Below, piece by piece: positions 1 to 13,500 of a stretch of DNA of 64,000 nt. Below the pieces are notes generated by a model. The model was not told the origin of the DNA and ran no database searches. It saw nothing but the letters and a program-made list of their open reading frames with translations. This DNA is from Antedon mediterranea (lineage: Eukaryota; Animalia; Echinodermata). Position 1 is the stretch's first letter; each line of letters opens with the position of its first letter. The translations under genes were made by a program, and so were the position numbers. Where the stretch lies: assembly GCF_964355755.1 (NCBI RefSeq), contig NC_092673.1, positions 21,573,648-21,637,647 of the forward strand. The letters are read 5' to 3'.

Positions 1-37
1 GGTCAAATTATTACCGTAGCGTTGCGCGTTTATTTAA

Positions 38-242
38 AGGTCTGTCTACACTATCAAACTTTATGTGACAAAATCATCATGTCCATATATAGACATGATA
101 ATGTCATATCAGTACAATTTTTTGGGCACATCACACTTTTTTGTCAAACTAGTTTGACAAATGGACATGATGTCATATCACTACCATATTTGGGCACATC
201 ACATTTTTTTTGTTAAACCAGTTTGATAGTCTAGACAAACCT
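38..242. mobile_element. Non-autonomous DNA transposon (MITE family A, possibly Harbinger-like), full copy
   Basis: Terminal inverted repeats AGGTCTGTCTACACTATCAAACT ... AGTTTGATAGTCTAGACAAACCT, flanked by TAA/TTA; internal GACATGATGTCATATCACTACCATATTTGGGCACATCAC units. The family recurs at about 6367, 16343, 17520, 37666 and 60500. Superfamily assignment is tentative because the left and right flanks are not identical. Confidence 0.75.
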
Positions 243-1377
243 TTACAAGTGGAAACCCAGCTTTTGAATAAGTTTTATTTAGTTTTTAAACATTGTAAAT
301 ATCACTTTTCAGATCAACGTGACTTTTATTTATATGGACTTTTGTTTGTAGAAGTCATAAGATACAAAACATATGCAATTTTACTACAGACATTTGTCCT
401 ACAGGTGTTCGTCGGCAATTTCGACAAATATAAACCGAGTATATTAAGATAAGAAATATTAAATAGTGTCTCATTTAAACAGCATCGCCTGATAAACTGA
501 ACTTTTCCCCTCAAAATAATACAGTGTGGTCGCTCTTTTTAGTGCTTGCTAGGTAGGTAGTGTTGGTTACATCGATAACACCGGTAGTAAAGAAACGCAT
601 ACCATAGCTTGCATATTCATTCATTTAGGATAATTAATTAATAATTAAAAGTTATTAAAAGATTCAGGCCTTCGTTCGTGGTGTTGTTACTGTGTAAATA
701 ATGGATAAAAACATTGTCTAAATAAGCCTATATTTTTAATAGTAGATTCATTCATAAACTTTAAATTCACGGACGGAAACGTAAAAACCGAAACAATACA
801 ATTTAAAGTACCTGGATATATAAAAATAAAAAACAAGGTCTAGTCAGCAAGCGAAGCCAAAAGGAGTTCACAATCATACAACAGACCCTAAAATTTAACG
901 ATCTAACGCAAAGCAGTCGTTTTCCTAAGTTCATGATCATATGTTAATATGTCTACGTTCCTGTAGTAAAACAAATACACGTTTTCATGAATGGGGGTCT
1001 ATAGCTACATGATACTTCCTACCGTCGTCCCCAAAGGCTTCGTCTATAGACACGTTTTGGTTGTAAATCACTTCAAACATAAAACTACGCCAGACTATTT
1101 CTTGGCTTGCACTATAAAATCGACCTACCTAACTTTGTTATTATTATCAGACCGACGTTTACTATGATGTTTACATACACGCTCAGTCACTCCATATTGA
1201 ACACGCTTATTGGCAGCAGCAAAGTGGTGGGAAAAGTTCAATAGTTGTGAATTTAAAAAAAGAAACAGCTAAACTTTGGACACACTGTTTTTGTGGAAGT
1301 ATGTTGTTTGCTTTCTTTATAACCATACATATTTCTGGATAAATACAATCCATCAGTAATGATACCAAGCTTTGGTG

Positions 1378-1515
1378 ACGCGCGCGTCGGAATAATGATG
1401 ATGATGTAACGCGCGCGTCGGAATAATGATGATGATGTAACGCGGGCGTCGGAATAATGATGATGATGTAACGCGCGCGTCGGAATAATGATGATGATGA
1501 CGTAACGTGCGCGTC
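1378..1515. repeat. CpG-rich minisatellite, ~31-bp unit, ~4.5 copies
   Basis: Tandem CGCGCGCGTCGGAATAATGATGATGATGTAA units; explains the repetitive ORFs 1253-1522 and 1353-1640. Confidence 0.9.
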
Positions 1516-1801
1516 TTTTCAATGATTTTTATTGGACACAGTATTGTGTTATTGTATATTTGATTGTATTGTCTGAATAGGGTGTGGGTGGAAACACACA
1601 TTTTCACGAGATTTAGGCATATACTCTCGAAGTACTTCAAATTGAAAACTAAACAGGAAATTCTTTTGGTCGTGGAAGATTAAAAACAAAGTGCAACAAA
1701 TTTGCACTCTTATCAATATCATTAAAAAGTCTTATGGCTTTCGGAATAAAGGTCTTCTTATAACGTTCGATATTTGAATTATTATTTCTTATATTATGCG
1801 G

Positions 1802-1926
1802 AGTTTGGTTCTTACTTGGACGCAACGCAAGGACGTAGGCCCAATGAAATTAACAAATCACGACGCGATGGATTCAATTTCGTTGCGCCATGTGTCGTTG
1901 CGTTGCGCCCATGTGAGAACCAAACT
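1802..1926. mobile_element. Short MITE (family B relative)
   Basis: Inverted ends AGTTTGGTTCTTACTTGGACGCAACGCAA ... TTGCGTTGCGCCCATGTGAGAACCAAACT; shares the GACGCAACGCAAGGACGTA motif with 4441-4764. Confidence 0.6.
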
Positions 1927-3110
1927 CTCCTAGCTCGCATAGTATATTGCTAATTTTATTTTGAAATAATAAAACCGGATATATAGACGACGACGATGGC
2001 GCAGATAATTGTATATAATCAATCTCTTTAACTTTAGAAAGTGTTGCGAACTTTTAAATTTCATCGTTTCTCAGAAATAAACACCGTTCCCATAGGGAAT
2101 CATTCTCTTATTTAATGTGTACCGATGGGTATATAGACTACAATAGATTCTTTCCGGTTTCTTAAAGATTTCCAATTCAATAAAGTGATTATTTTAATAG
2201 ATCAAATTTCATTACAATCTGAATAACAATACAACAAAAGAGGAATACTTATTTAGGTGAATGACAAAAAAATATAAAGTATGCCATTGAACTTCTATTC
2301 TATCGGGACGTACCGACATGTATTCGGAAAAGATGAACTCGGTGATCTTTTGATGCGCGTATGTGGGCGCGTATGACGTACATTAGATTACGTCATCCGA
2401 TAATAGGCCTAATATTTTTACTAACGGTACCAAAAATTGAAATATTTCTAACTCAATATTTAAAAATTGATTAGGAGTATGAATTGGGGAACAATGTACG
2501 TCATATAATATTAATATACTGTGCGCATGCGAAGACGGATTCTAGGTACAGACGACGCAAATAAGCTCCTTACTAATGTCTGACCATTCTAAACTGACAG
2601 TCATAACAGAACATAACGAAATATTTTTTATTATAAAAGCGAATTAGAGCAAAAGTTACCTTCAAGTTGCCGTAAAGATCGACTAATTAATTTCGTCAAT
2701 ATTTTGTTCCGAATAGTACAACTAAAATAAATATGAAAACTAATATTTGTATCTATGATTTATACAGTATTACTAAATTCGGTTACGGGCGAACGGAATA
2801 TGTATTTCATTTGGAGTAGGATCCATTTTAGTAGGATATCCAGACAAAGTTCACGAGGAGTGATAAATAGGCCTACCACCGCTAATTAGGCCTAGGCCTT
2901 ACTAATATTCGATATCGTTTGGAAGACATCATAATTTTTCAACACACCCTTCCTTCACGTCAGTCATACGTCATCAATTTGAGTGAATATGTGATAATTG
3001 ACCAAAATGAATATTTTGCATGACCTAAAATGATGAAAGGTTAATGAATACTACTCAATCAAAAATGTCATTTAATCTAGTTTTGTATGTCCGGTTTAAA
3101 AAAATTTCAA

Positions 3111-3356
3111 CAGGACCGTAGCCAGGATGTGTCATGGGACACCAAGTATTTGGGTCACGCTCCCCATCCCCCAGAAGGTATGAGTTATTCAAATTTTTCT
3201 ATTTACGAATAACCTTTTGTACTGTGGGGCACGTATTTGGTTCAGAGAGATGAGGTGAGGGTATTTGGCATGTCGGGGATGGGGGTTCGCAGTCGGTTAA
3301 AGGGGTTCCGCTGTAAGTTTCGCCCGAACCATAAAACCCCCCTGGCTACGGGCCTG
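3111..3356. mobile_element. GC-rich MITE with CAGG-type terminal inverted repeats (hAT-like ends)
   Basis: CAGGACCGTAGCCAGG ... CCTGGCTACGGGCCTG (15/16 inverted match); no clean target-site duplication seen. Confidence 0.6.
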
Positions 3357-4440
3357 ATTCAATACGGGTAGCGGGGCCCATCGTGTTGTAAGTGTTGTAT
3401 CGTGTCGGATCGGATCGGATTGAATGCCAATTTTACACCGGTAATTTTTGATACCATAATCATTTCTGTGTTTAAAATGTCAATGAAAATAATATTTCGA
3501 TTGAGATTAAAGTTTAAAATATATTTATTTAAGTTCTGCGCACCTGTAGCACGCACGCGCGTCCTAAAAGTGAGACAAAAATCAAACTATTTTGTTTTCT
3601 ATGCGTGAGTTGACACCGATTGCAAATACAAACAGTATTTACCTGTGCGCTCTTCTTTTAGAGTGGCCTTGCTTGCCAGGTGTGCTAACTAAAGGTGTGT
3701 ATATTAGGTATGTGATAAGCATTAATTGAGGTTAAACACCTTTGATGAGTTATGGTATCTTTGCCAACTAAGCACAATTTTTTTTCTAATATTAAAAAAA
3801 ATCGATGGCTGTAAATCTATTTGAACATTGAATGTTTAATGTTACGTTGAATGTTTTAGGTTGCATTTCATCATTTTTCGCCGGGAAAAAAACACCGCCA
3901 CAAATTAAAGTTTTGCGACTTTTTAAAGTTTGTATAGCAACAAGGGAATATAAAGTAGGCCAATTCTCTTTGCAGACTGGGTATTTACTAATACTGTGTA
4001 GTAATGTTCAAAATAATGTTTTAGCATGACGGTCCATCCATGTGAACTGTCTTAACCCAACCATCCGTCAATCAACATTACTAACGCCTCAACGAGCCTT
4101 GTTGTGACAATAATTAACCCCCATGGAATATATGTTGTGACATGTCTGACACTGGAATACGTTACTCGCTGTGTGGCGCGGTTAACCGCTCCTAACTACT
4201 ATATACTGTACCAACATGACATAAAGTTTGAACAAGTTTGAAAAAATATAACCCGGATGCAGGTGATCGAAGGAGAACATGATTTGATGTTTGGTGGAAA
4301 TAAGAATCTAATCTCTTAATTAACAACACGAGGTCTATAATAAGTATCAGTTAAGCATATACCTACTTAATGTCACTCCCCACGACATTTACAAATGTGC
4401 GTAGCTCACGTAACGGCTACGTTTATCATCAGTACTCTAA

Positions 4441-4764
4441 AGCGTGGTTCCCACTAGCGACGCAACGCAAGGACGTAACGCAACGCAAGTGAATTGACCA
4501 ATCACAAGCGATGGCTTATTCGCTTGTGATTGCTAAATGTCTATAACTTCACTTGTCATTGGTTAAAACGCTTGCGTTGCGTTTACGTCCTTGCGTTACG
4601 TTAGGACGCAAGGCAAGGGAGTAAACGCAACGCAAGGACGTAAACGCAACGCAAGCATGTTGACCAATGACAACCGACAGTTCGAATAATCAATCGCTTG
4701 TGATTGGTCAACTCACTTACGTTGCGTCTACGTCCTTGTGTTGCGTCCTAGTGGGAACCAAGCT
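4441..4764. mobile_element. Palindromic MITE (family B)
   Basis: AGCGTGGTTCCCACTAGCGACGCAAC ... GTTGCGTCCTAGTGGGAACCAAGCT; internal nested inverted arms (TTGACCAATCACAAGCGAT / ATCGCTTGTGATTGGTCAA). Confidence 0.75.
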
Positions 4765-6366
4765 TTTTTACTACGCGTAGTTTAATTACGTATGCGTAAT
4801 TTCAGGTATATTAATCTTTTTGTTTAATAATATAGTAACAATTGGAAGTAAATTAAATTAAAGACGGCCGGCTTTACGTTTCATCCAATGGACACCGGAT
4901 TATCTTTATCTCCACTTTCCATACGGTATTATCAACACATTGCATTTTTGTTGTCAATTTCACTAGTTAATGTTTTAATTACTATTGTCAATAGTGTAAC
5001 TACACACACGACATGGGAAAACAAATGAATGGTTTGGCCCAATAAAACAATAATCTAGAATGAGGTGGTCCTTAAAACAAACAAACATTGGCGGAATTAA
5101 TATATCCCATCATCTAATGTATCTGTGCTTGTGTGTGGTTCCACCAAACCTAACAATCAATGTTTATAAAGAAGGTACATAACAATTGTAATGGATTTAT
5201 GAAGAAGAAGCCGTGATTTCAGATGAGGTTCGGTGACCTCCTGTTCGTTGACCCAGTATTCTAACATCACCTATTTTAGTTTTATGAATCTTTCAATAAA
5301 ATTGCTTCTGTTTAAAAAATAATTTACAAATTGATTGGCCTAAGAAAAAAAAGTTACTTATTTGACCTTTTAATTTCAAGCCCTTCTGTGGTTGTTAATA
5401 TCTGAATCGTAAACGTGCCATTGGGCACATGCATGCTCTCTATGACATAAAATATCTTAACACTTATTGTGATGGAATACAAATATATCTATAATTTTAA
5501 TAGTTTTATATACAATTTCAACAAAAATGTGTATTGAATGAATATATTGAAATTGAATAAAACTATTTTTTGAGCCTTAAGACATTAATTTTTTTTTAAA
5601 TAAATGAAATAAACAAGGTTTAAATTAAATAAATAATGTTATGTATAAAAAGGGCAAACATCATTGTAAAAAAAAATTATTAGAAAAAGACACATCTGTT
5701 CTCATTACTTTGTCTGAAGAGGGGTGGCATGCAGTAGTGGCGGGGAAAAAAATTGGCAAAAGTTCAATATCATTTTATGTAGTGATAAATTGACGTTTCA
5801 GATTATATGTATATCTTTGTTTTTGATGTTAAAGGCTTTTATTTAAAAGTCACTGATTATGTTTGAATGATAACATAATGTTATATTTCCAGAATGATAA
5901 GGTCATGGTCAATATGGTGTGGTTTAGCGAAACAAAAATAGTAAGTCTAGTATTGTGAACAAAGATTTGGCTAAAGGTAACACCACAAATGTAAATTGTG
6001 GTCTTGTATTACTGAATACTGACTGAAAAGCTTTATTTGTCCATTATCATATAAAATATTAATAGGAATTCTTCTTAAAGATTAGCATTTATATATTAGT
6101 AGGCCTATGATTAAAAACAGAACTTAAAATATAGAATTTATATACAGAAACTTAAAAAGTGGTTACAATTTGGAAGTTCAAAGTTAAAATACCATGCGGT
6201 ATTTGTATTTTTCTAGATGTTTTAAATAACTATTTGATAGTATTTGCATCTTAAATGTTTAAAACTACATTTACAATTGAATTCTAACAAACATACTGTA
6301 TGCATCATCAAAGGGGCATCAACATTACAGAATGTATAGTTGTAACATGGTGTATTATATCCCTAA

Positions 6367-6460
6367 AGCTCTGTCTACACTATCAAAAAAAGGTGATGTG
6401 CCCATATATGGAAATGAAGATGTCATATTACTACCATATTTGGGCATAATACAACCACAT
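6367..6460. mobile_element. MITE family A, truncated copy
   Basis: One terminus AGCTCTGTCTACACTATCAAA plus the internal GATGTGCCCATATATGG...CTACCATATTTGGGCA block. Confidence 0.65.
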
Positions 6461-7552
6461 TTTTTAAAGCCACCAATGCAATACAATACAAGCTAGTTGA
6501 TCTTGAGAATAACAAATATTAGATTACAGATAATTCCTTAAAAACATGGTTATTTTCAACTGATTTTGGTCAGTTGTTTTTCCGCCTTTGTAGCGATTAA
6601 TTGGAGGTAAGAAAACTAATTGGTAACAATTGCTTTATAAGCTACTTTTGCATTCTCCTGACAGTCGGTGATTTTTTAAATATATTCTTGTGTTATTTAT
6701 GTTGTTTACATTTGTAAAATGTATCTTGTATAAATAAAAGAATAATAAGGTGGCAAGACAATTTGATAAACTTTTTGAGACAAAATCTTCTGCTGGTTCA
6801 CAACCATTGCAGATGATGATTGAAAGTGTGCTTTTTTTCAACAACAAAACAGAGAAAATGGAAGCAATTTCTGAAGGATTTCAGATGAGAATAATAATTT
6901 GTTTATAAAGACTTCCTTTTCAACATTTTTTAATAATTTTGATATTGAAAATGTGTGTAGTTGGTCGCTTTCTTGTCGATGCTTTTATTGTAGAACGTAA
7001 TATATTTATTTTTCTCTGTTCTGGGTTGACCAACTAGCATAGGTGTTTAGCACCTGTTTGGTCTTTCCGTGCCTCCTTTTATAATTGTTTTGTCTTCTTT
7101 GTTTATGTATATGGCAGAAATTGAATAAATAAATTTAAAAAAAATAAATTTGAGAAATGATAGGATTTCAGACGATATGGAGCATTTGTTGAAGAAGAGC
7201 TTTTAAGCAAGGAATTCTTAAGATTTGAAGCATTTGTTGAAGAGACATACAGTATTTTAACATTTTACTGAGAAACTCCCAATATTATGAAGATTTCAGA
7301 AGATATTAAGCATTTGTCTGAAAAGTTTTCCACATTTAAATGTTTATAGAGAAAAACATTTGTTATCTATCATACAGTACCTGATTTTTCTGCCGCTGCA
7401 TGGACTCTAAATTCTGCCCTTGTGCCATTAAAGGTGACATCCAATATAGCCTATCCTTCTTTCTTCTTCCTTCACCATAGAACTGTATCTCTTCATTATC
7501 TCTTTAACTATATACAATTTATACATTTCAAGGCATAAAAGTTCTATTTACA

Positions 7553-10500
7553 TCACCTACGTAATATATTTATCAAAGACTCAGAATCGGGACTTTCTGC
7601 CACACCGGCGACGACATAACCAATCTTCTCCATTGCTACCTTTGTTGTTGGACCAATCGCAATCATCTGTACAACAATATATATAAAAATAACACTTATT
7701 ATTTATTTAAGAAGGAACGAAAACCATGTTATATTAGTAAATCCATTAAATATAAAAATACAAATTAAATAGATAGTTTGCTAACAAAAAGATATAGGAT
7801 GTCATAGGATTTAAGTTGAAGCAACCAGAGATGACTGATCATGTTTATTTATAACTTTAGCCAATGAATAGAACCCAGTGATACAATACATCCAAGTTTC
7901 TTTCCATTCACGTTCACAAATCGTACAATTGAACAAGTGTCTCCATAGAATCTTGTAACCATCAATAAACAATAACTACTCTGTTTTATACGTTTCCCAT
8001 TTTAAAAGCGATTGTTATATAAGTGTACACCTCCTTTATTGGGGGAATTAACCTTTCACATAAGAATAAAACCTAAATAAAGGTATTGTACTTCAAACCT
8101 GTGTAGGGAGGAAAACGGGTAACTTGCTTCCTAAATTGATATAAGTGAGCTACTGTATTGTAAATGACATTTTAGACAATACACGTCACAAACTATGACA
8201 TATGAACATATTGGTAACAGAACATACCAGACCTGAATTTGCACTTAAAATAGATTTAGGAGATTAAGATTAACTATGCTATAATTTGCACTTGTGGTAA
8301 AAATGGTTGTATAGAATAGAATTATAATTATAATGATTGACATGTCACACTACACGTCATGTATGACAATAACTAAAGCAAACCCAACCCAATGTAGGTT
8401 CACACAGAAGGTTTTCACACAGAGGATGGCTTCACACTGAGGGTACAGTAGGTTCACACAGAGGGTGGTTTCACACTGAGGGTGGTTTCACATTGAGGGT
8501 GGTTTCACACTGAGGGTGCAGTAGGTTCCCACAGAGGGTGGTTTCACACAGAGACGTGGTTTCACACTGAGGGTGGTTTCACACTGAGGGTACAGAAGGT
8601 TCACACAGAAGGTGGTTCCAAACAGAGCTGGTTTTGTATTCTAACAAATGATTTGAACCAAGGATCTTTCAGGGAAAAGGAAAGTTATTATAAACCTACA
8701 CTAATATTCCATACTTTTAAAATCTTGTTTTGTACGTATAAATATATCATAAGATTTAAGATCAGAGAAAATTACATAAAACTTGGCAACCAAAAGAAAA
8801 CATGGACGAATAAAGAGCCAACATAATCTTCTACTGGAGGATTAGAAATTAATTTATTTTTCAATTTTCTCTTTCCGAAGTTGAATGCATTTAAATATTG
8901 CGTGACTAGGATAATATTAAAATGCCACTTGAGAAATAATTAGCAAATACCGATTAGGAAACTGATACAATAGACAGTAAGTATTTAAAAAAACACTTTG
9001 CGTGGCAAGTTTTTATACCTAAAGAAATTGATTTCTTTCCCCATACTATTGCTATAATCTGCATCATCATGGCACGACTTCTTACAATCTTTGGCATAAT
9101 GCTAAATCTGTAGGGCAGTTGTGAGAAGAGTTCAATGCTGGTCAAAATGTAATGTTTTAAATGGTCTAACGTATGTTATTCTATAGGTATTGCACATACA
9201 TTCCTTATAACTTTCTACCTGAAATGAATGGTTTACCAAGTTAGCCAGGGACAGCTTGAAGATTTGAAAAATGTCCCTTTTTTCTGAAATGTCCTTTTCA
9301 AACTAAAGACCAGCAGCGGAAGTGAGGGTTATTAGGCATGTAGTCTAGCTCAATTTATTTCCTTTTGTGTTATGCACCCACCAACCCCCTTGTAAGAATA
9401 CTGGTTGTGTGTACTGAGTATAAATGTATCTAGGATTTGATGCTACAGTACAATGCAATCAAGATTAATGAATAAATAAAAGGACACAAACTTGTAGCCA
9501 GTGGGTTCAAATAGAAAACCCTTGTTTCTAAGAAATAATAAAGTACAAGGTATAGCAACTGTTAAAGTAATTATTACTACACTATACAGGTTCGTCAATC
9601 AGCACCCTAAAAGGGTGAATGAACAATGTTTACAATCTGTGGCCCTTTATGAACTATTACAACCTCTTCTCTCCCCTCCCCTTCACTTTACAGATCCCGA
9701 CAGCAGATTGAAATAGTTGAATATTACATGATGATGAGGTATACAACTTAAGTCTACAGCCGATAGTTTTCTTATTACTATAGCAATCCTAGATTCCAGT
9801 TTCAAGAGAAACATTTACAATTTTGAAAAAAACATTATCTAATTGATATTAAATATTTATTTGACTTAAGTGATACTCATTTATAGACAGGGCATACCTA
9901 TGCGGTGGATGGATACCAAATTAGCTTTGACAGAATTTTTAAAGAAAGTTAAAAGATCAATTGGCAAACCTAAATTATATGAAAGATAAACAAAGAACTA
10001 AAAAGCCACATATATAATACATCGTTAAAAGTTACCAACAGACCACTGAGAGTACAATTAGCGTACACAATATAAAGACAAGAATTCTATTGCAACTCAA
10101 TACATTATAAAAAGCATTTCATCTACAGAGAATGAATATAGGTATAGTTGTAACTTATATTATGCACTGAAAAAAATGTTGTCAATTCAAAATTAGAAAT
10201 TAACAACAGTACTGTAATTATAAATACAAATGTACTATCTTTCTAAAATATCAAATCCGCATTTTGTTAGTCGGGCAATGCCCAGCTAAAGGAGTGGACT
10301 CCATGTGTTATATAAGTCATTATAATACCTATATGTAACTGTTTAAATATGTTTTAAAATTCAAGGTGTAGTAGATTCATGGAATTTAGATGGAATATTC
10401 ATGTTTCTTGAAAAATGTTTGGAATTTTTTATAACCTTGTAATTATTATTTTTTTATAGATTTTGGCCAAGAAACCTAGATATGAAGAAAAACGATATTT

Positions 10501-13500
10501 TGAACTCGTATTTGAAACCCAACTTTAAAAACAAGGGGGTCGCCAATTATTAAAGATGTACTTTTTACCCCAATCAGAATGATTTTAATTGTACCCTAGA
10601 GCCAAACTGTATTTGGCTGACTTTACTGCGGTTTAAGGTGCAAGTACATAACATCCGTTTTCTAGAATTTGTTTGCCAAGATATTGGACTTTGTTGGTAA
10701 GGGGGAGGAGGATAGAATCCTGGGAGAATGAAATAGTACAATATCTTAAGTTTAAAACCGAGTACTGACGTACTTTGAATCTGTAATACTCTTCACTCAT
10801 TGGTCCAATCTATCATAGCACAATTGATGATGAACTTAATGCAAATGTAAACATCATTCATATGTTGGAACAAATGTCTGTGGCCTTGAGTAGTAGTACT
10901 TCATCTACCTTCCAATACTCAGGAGTATCAATGGGTAAATTTGAGTTATTTTAAGTTTGCATTAAAATTTATATTTAATTTAATGATTTAAAAAAGAGGA
11001 AGTTGAATTAGATATTTGAAGATGTACTTTTAATATATCAATAGGCCCTCCTAATTTAAAATTTACGATGCAAGAAAAAGGAAAATGTGTGGGCCGCCGC
11101 CGATTGATTGAGATATTGAAATATGTACTCTTGCTTAACCCAAATATTTTATTTCAATAGTTCCCTAGATACAGCTAATTTTGTTCCCATACACTAATGA
11201 AAACAATTTCCATTTTGTTCATCTATGGCTTTCTGCCAAACGTGTTTGTTTGATGCATTTTGAAATATAACGAACGATCAAAATTTGATTTTATGATCAA
11301 CAAATGTAATGTAATTACACCTTAAAAATTACCAGATTATAATTAGTTAAAACTATTAATATTAAAAATATCATATTTATTAATTTATTAATTTACATTT
11401 TTAGACTTTCAAACAGTTAAAACAGGGAAGAGTAAGATTGAAATTTCACAATACCACTCTTTCCTGGTTATACTGAAAAAACTGTTCAATCTCTGCTTTA
11501 CAATTAAACAAAATTAGGCATTTTATAAACCGAGTTGCTGTGTAAGTTTTACCGGAGGCTGTTTAAAACCTTTTATATTCTGAAATTAACTGTGTTATAA
11601 CAACAAAACTTGTTTGTAGTACATAAAGTAAATTATATAGCAGACTCTACAATTTTTACTGTTTTGTCTCAAGGCTATTGGAACGGAACCACAAGATGAT
11701 AATTGAATGCTGGTTTAAGTGTTTGAGTTCAAGTTGTGGGGTTTATAATAAGTGGTTAGGGACGGTGACAATTTGCCTTGATTTAGTGAGGGTCAGGGAA
11801 CAGTCACAGAAAGACCACCAAATGGAAACATACCCCAGGGGATTGTTTAGTTCAAGGGTAGATGAGGATAAGGATGGGAGGGAAGTTCATAATTGACATT
11901 GGCGTAATGGCTAATCCCAGGGACCCCAGAGCTTAAGGGGCCCAGAATATGAGCAGCCCAATGCAAATTAGAGTGCTAAATCTGGTGAAACAAAACATGA
12001 ACAACATCGTGAATTGAAATTGAAAAAGTTTTGATTACATATTACAATTGAAAGATTTATCCAAACTTAGTATCAAATATTTTCACCCCATCAACAAAAA
12101 TGTTCTGTTTAGATTCGATGCGATAACAACATATTAGATAGTGTTTGGTAATGTAGAACCTGCTAAATTTGTAGAAATTGCTAGTGGACTAGAAATCTCC
12201 TGAACTTTTTGAACTCTACGCTTTCAGACACCTCTCCCGGGCATCAAACAAATCACCTTTAATGAAATTTATAAAAAGGTGAACAGGACCAAATTAAATG
12301 AAAATGCTGTAATCAAGTCAACTAGGATCAGTGACCAGTAAGAATCAGAGGGGTTAAATTGACCCAGCAGGGGGAACCGCAGGGGCAAACGACAATATGT
12401 GTCAATAGAAGAGTCACCAGGACTTAAATAGAGCATAGTGTTGTTAATAGACCAAATCCCACACAGGTTATAAGGGCAAACTATTCACGATAGAGACAAC
12501 TTTTTTTATATATTTTACAATGTTATGTTAACACTTCTATCTGATTTTGTCTATAAACACTTTTCTATTAATCAATTGATAATAAATTGTTCAAATTCAC
12601 AAAATACATCAAAGCATATTATTAAGTAATTAATTTAACTTAACTACAGTTAGAGGAATAAAAGTCACCTTCAAACTGAGCATGTATAACGCAAGGAGCA
12701 GGAGGATGATGGGAGACAACAAAATACAACATAATATTCATAAATTACAGTACATCTATCAAATATTTTTCTTTCTGGATATTGTTAACTTTCTTTTGAA
12801 ATATTTATATCTTCTTATCTGTTATTTGTTCATAGTAACTAGATCTGTTGATTGTACATGTTTTGTTTTCATCTACTGTATATTTCGGTGTATAAGTCGC
12901 ACCTGTGTATAAGACGCACCCCCTAACTGAGAGTAAAATATCGGTATTTTTTATATCGTCGGTGTATAAGACGCACCTTATATTTCATCAAAACAATGTT
13001 TTTTTTAAATTGTAATCAATATTATTGTAATAATATATTTTGTCATATCTGCAACGAGGTGACGATAGCCTAGGCCTATATGTACAATCTGTGTGGTGAG
13101 GCATTTATGTTGGGTGTATAAGACGCACCCTTAATTTAGAGGTCAAATTTGCGTGTCAAAAGTGCGACTTATACACCAAAATATACGGTATGTTACAACA
13201 ATTTATTGTCATTTAAAATGTCAACAAGGAAGTAGCAATAGTAAAACAAATTTGTTGTCCTTAATATACTGTATATCTGAGTAAAACCTCTAATTATAAT
13301 TAAGGGGCACCTTCAGGATCCAACCAAGTGTCAGCTGAATAGTGGCATAATGCAGAGGCCTCTGGATTACAAACCCTAAGTGGACCTACAACGCTGGAGG
13401 CATCAGAAGTTTTTAGCCTTTCTTGACATATTATAATGCCGGTTTTATCCTCTGGGCACTGCTCTGGGGGCCCCCACAAGCTCAAGGGCCCCTGGGTTTA

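Noticed and set aside
1253-1640. ORFs with HHHHYSDARV / IIIIIPTRA repeats; superficially CRISPR-like array
   Set aside because: Translation of a ~31-bp tandem repeat with no unique spacers and no cas genes, in a eukaryotic context.
7540-7555. UROS TGA as a selenocysteine or readthrough codon
   Set aside because: An in-frame TAG follows after two more sense codons, the protein is already full length, and no SECIS element is evident.
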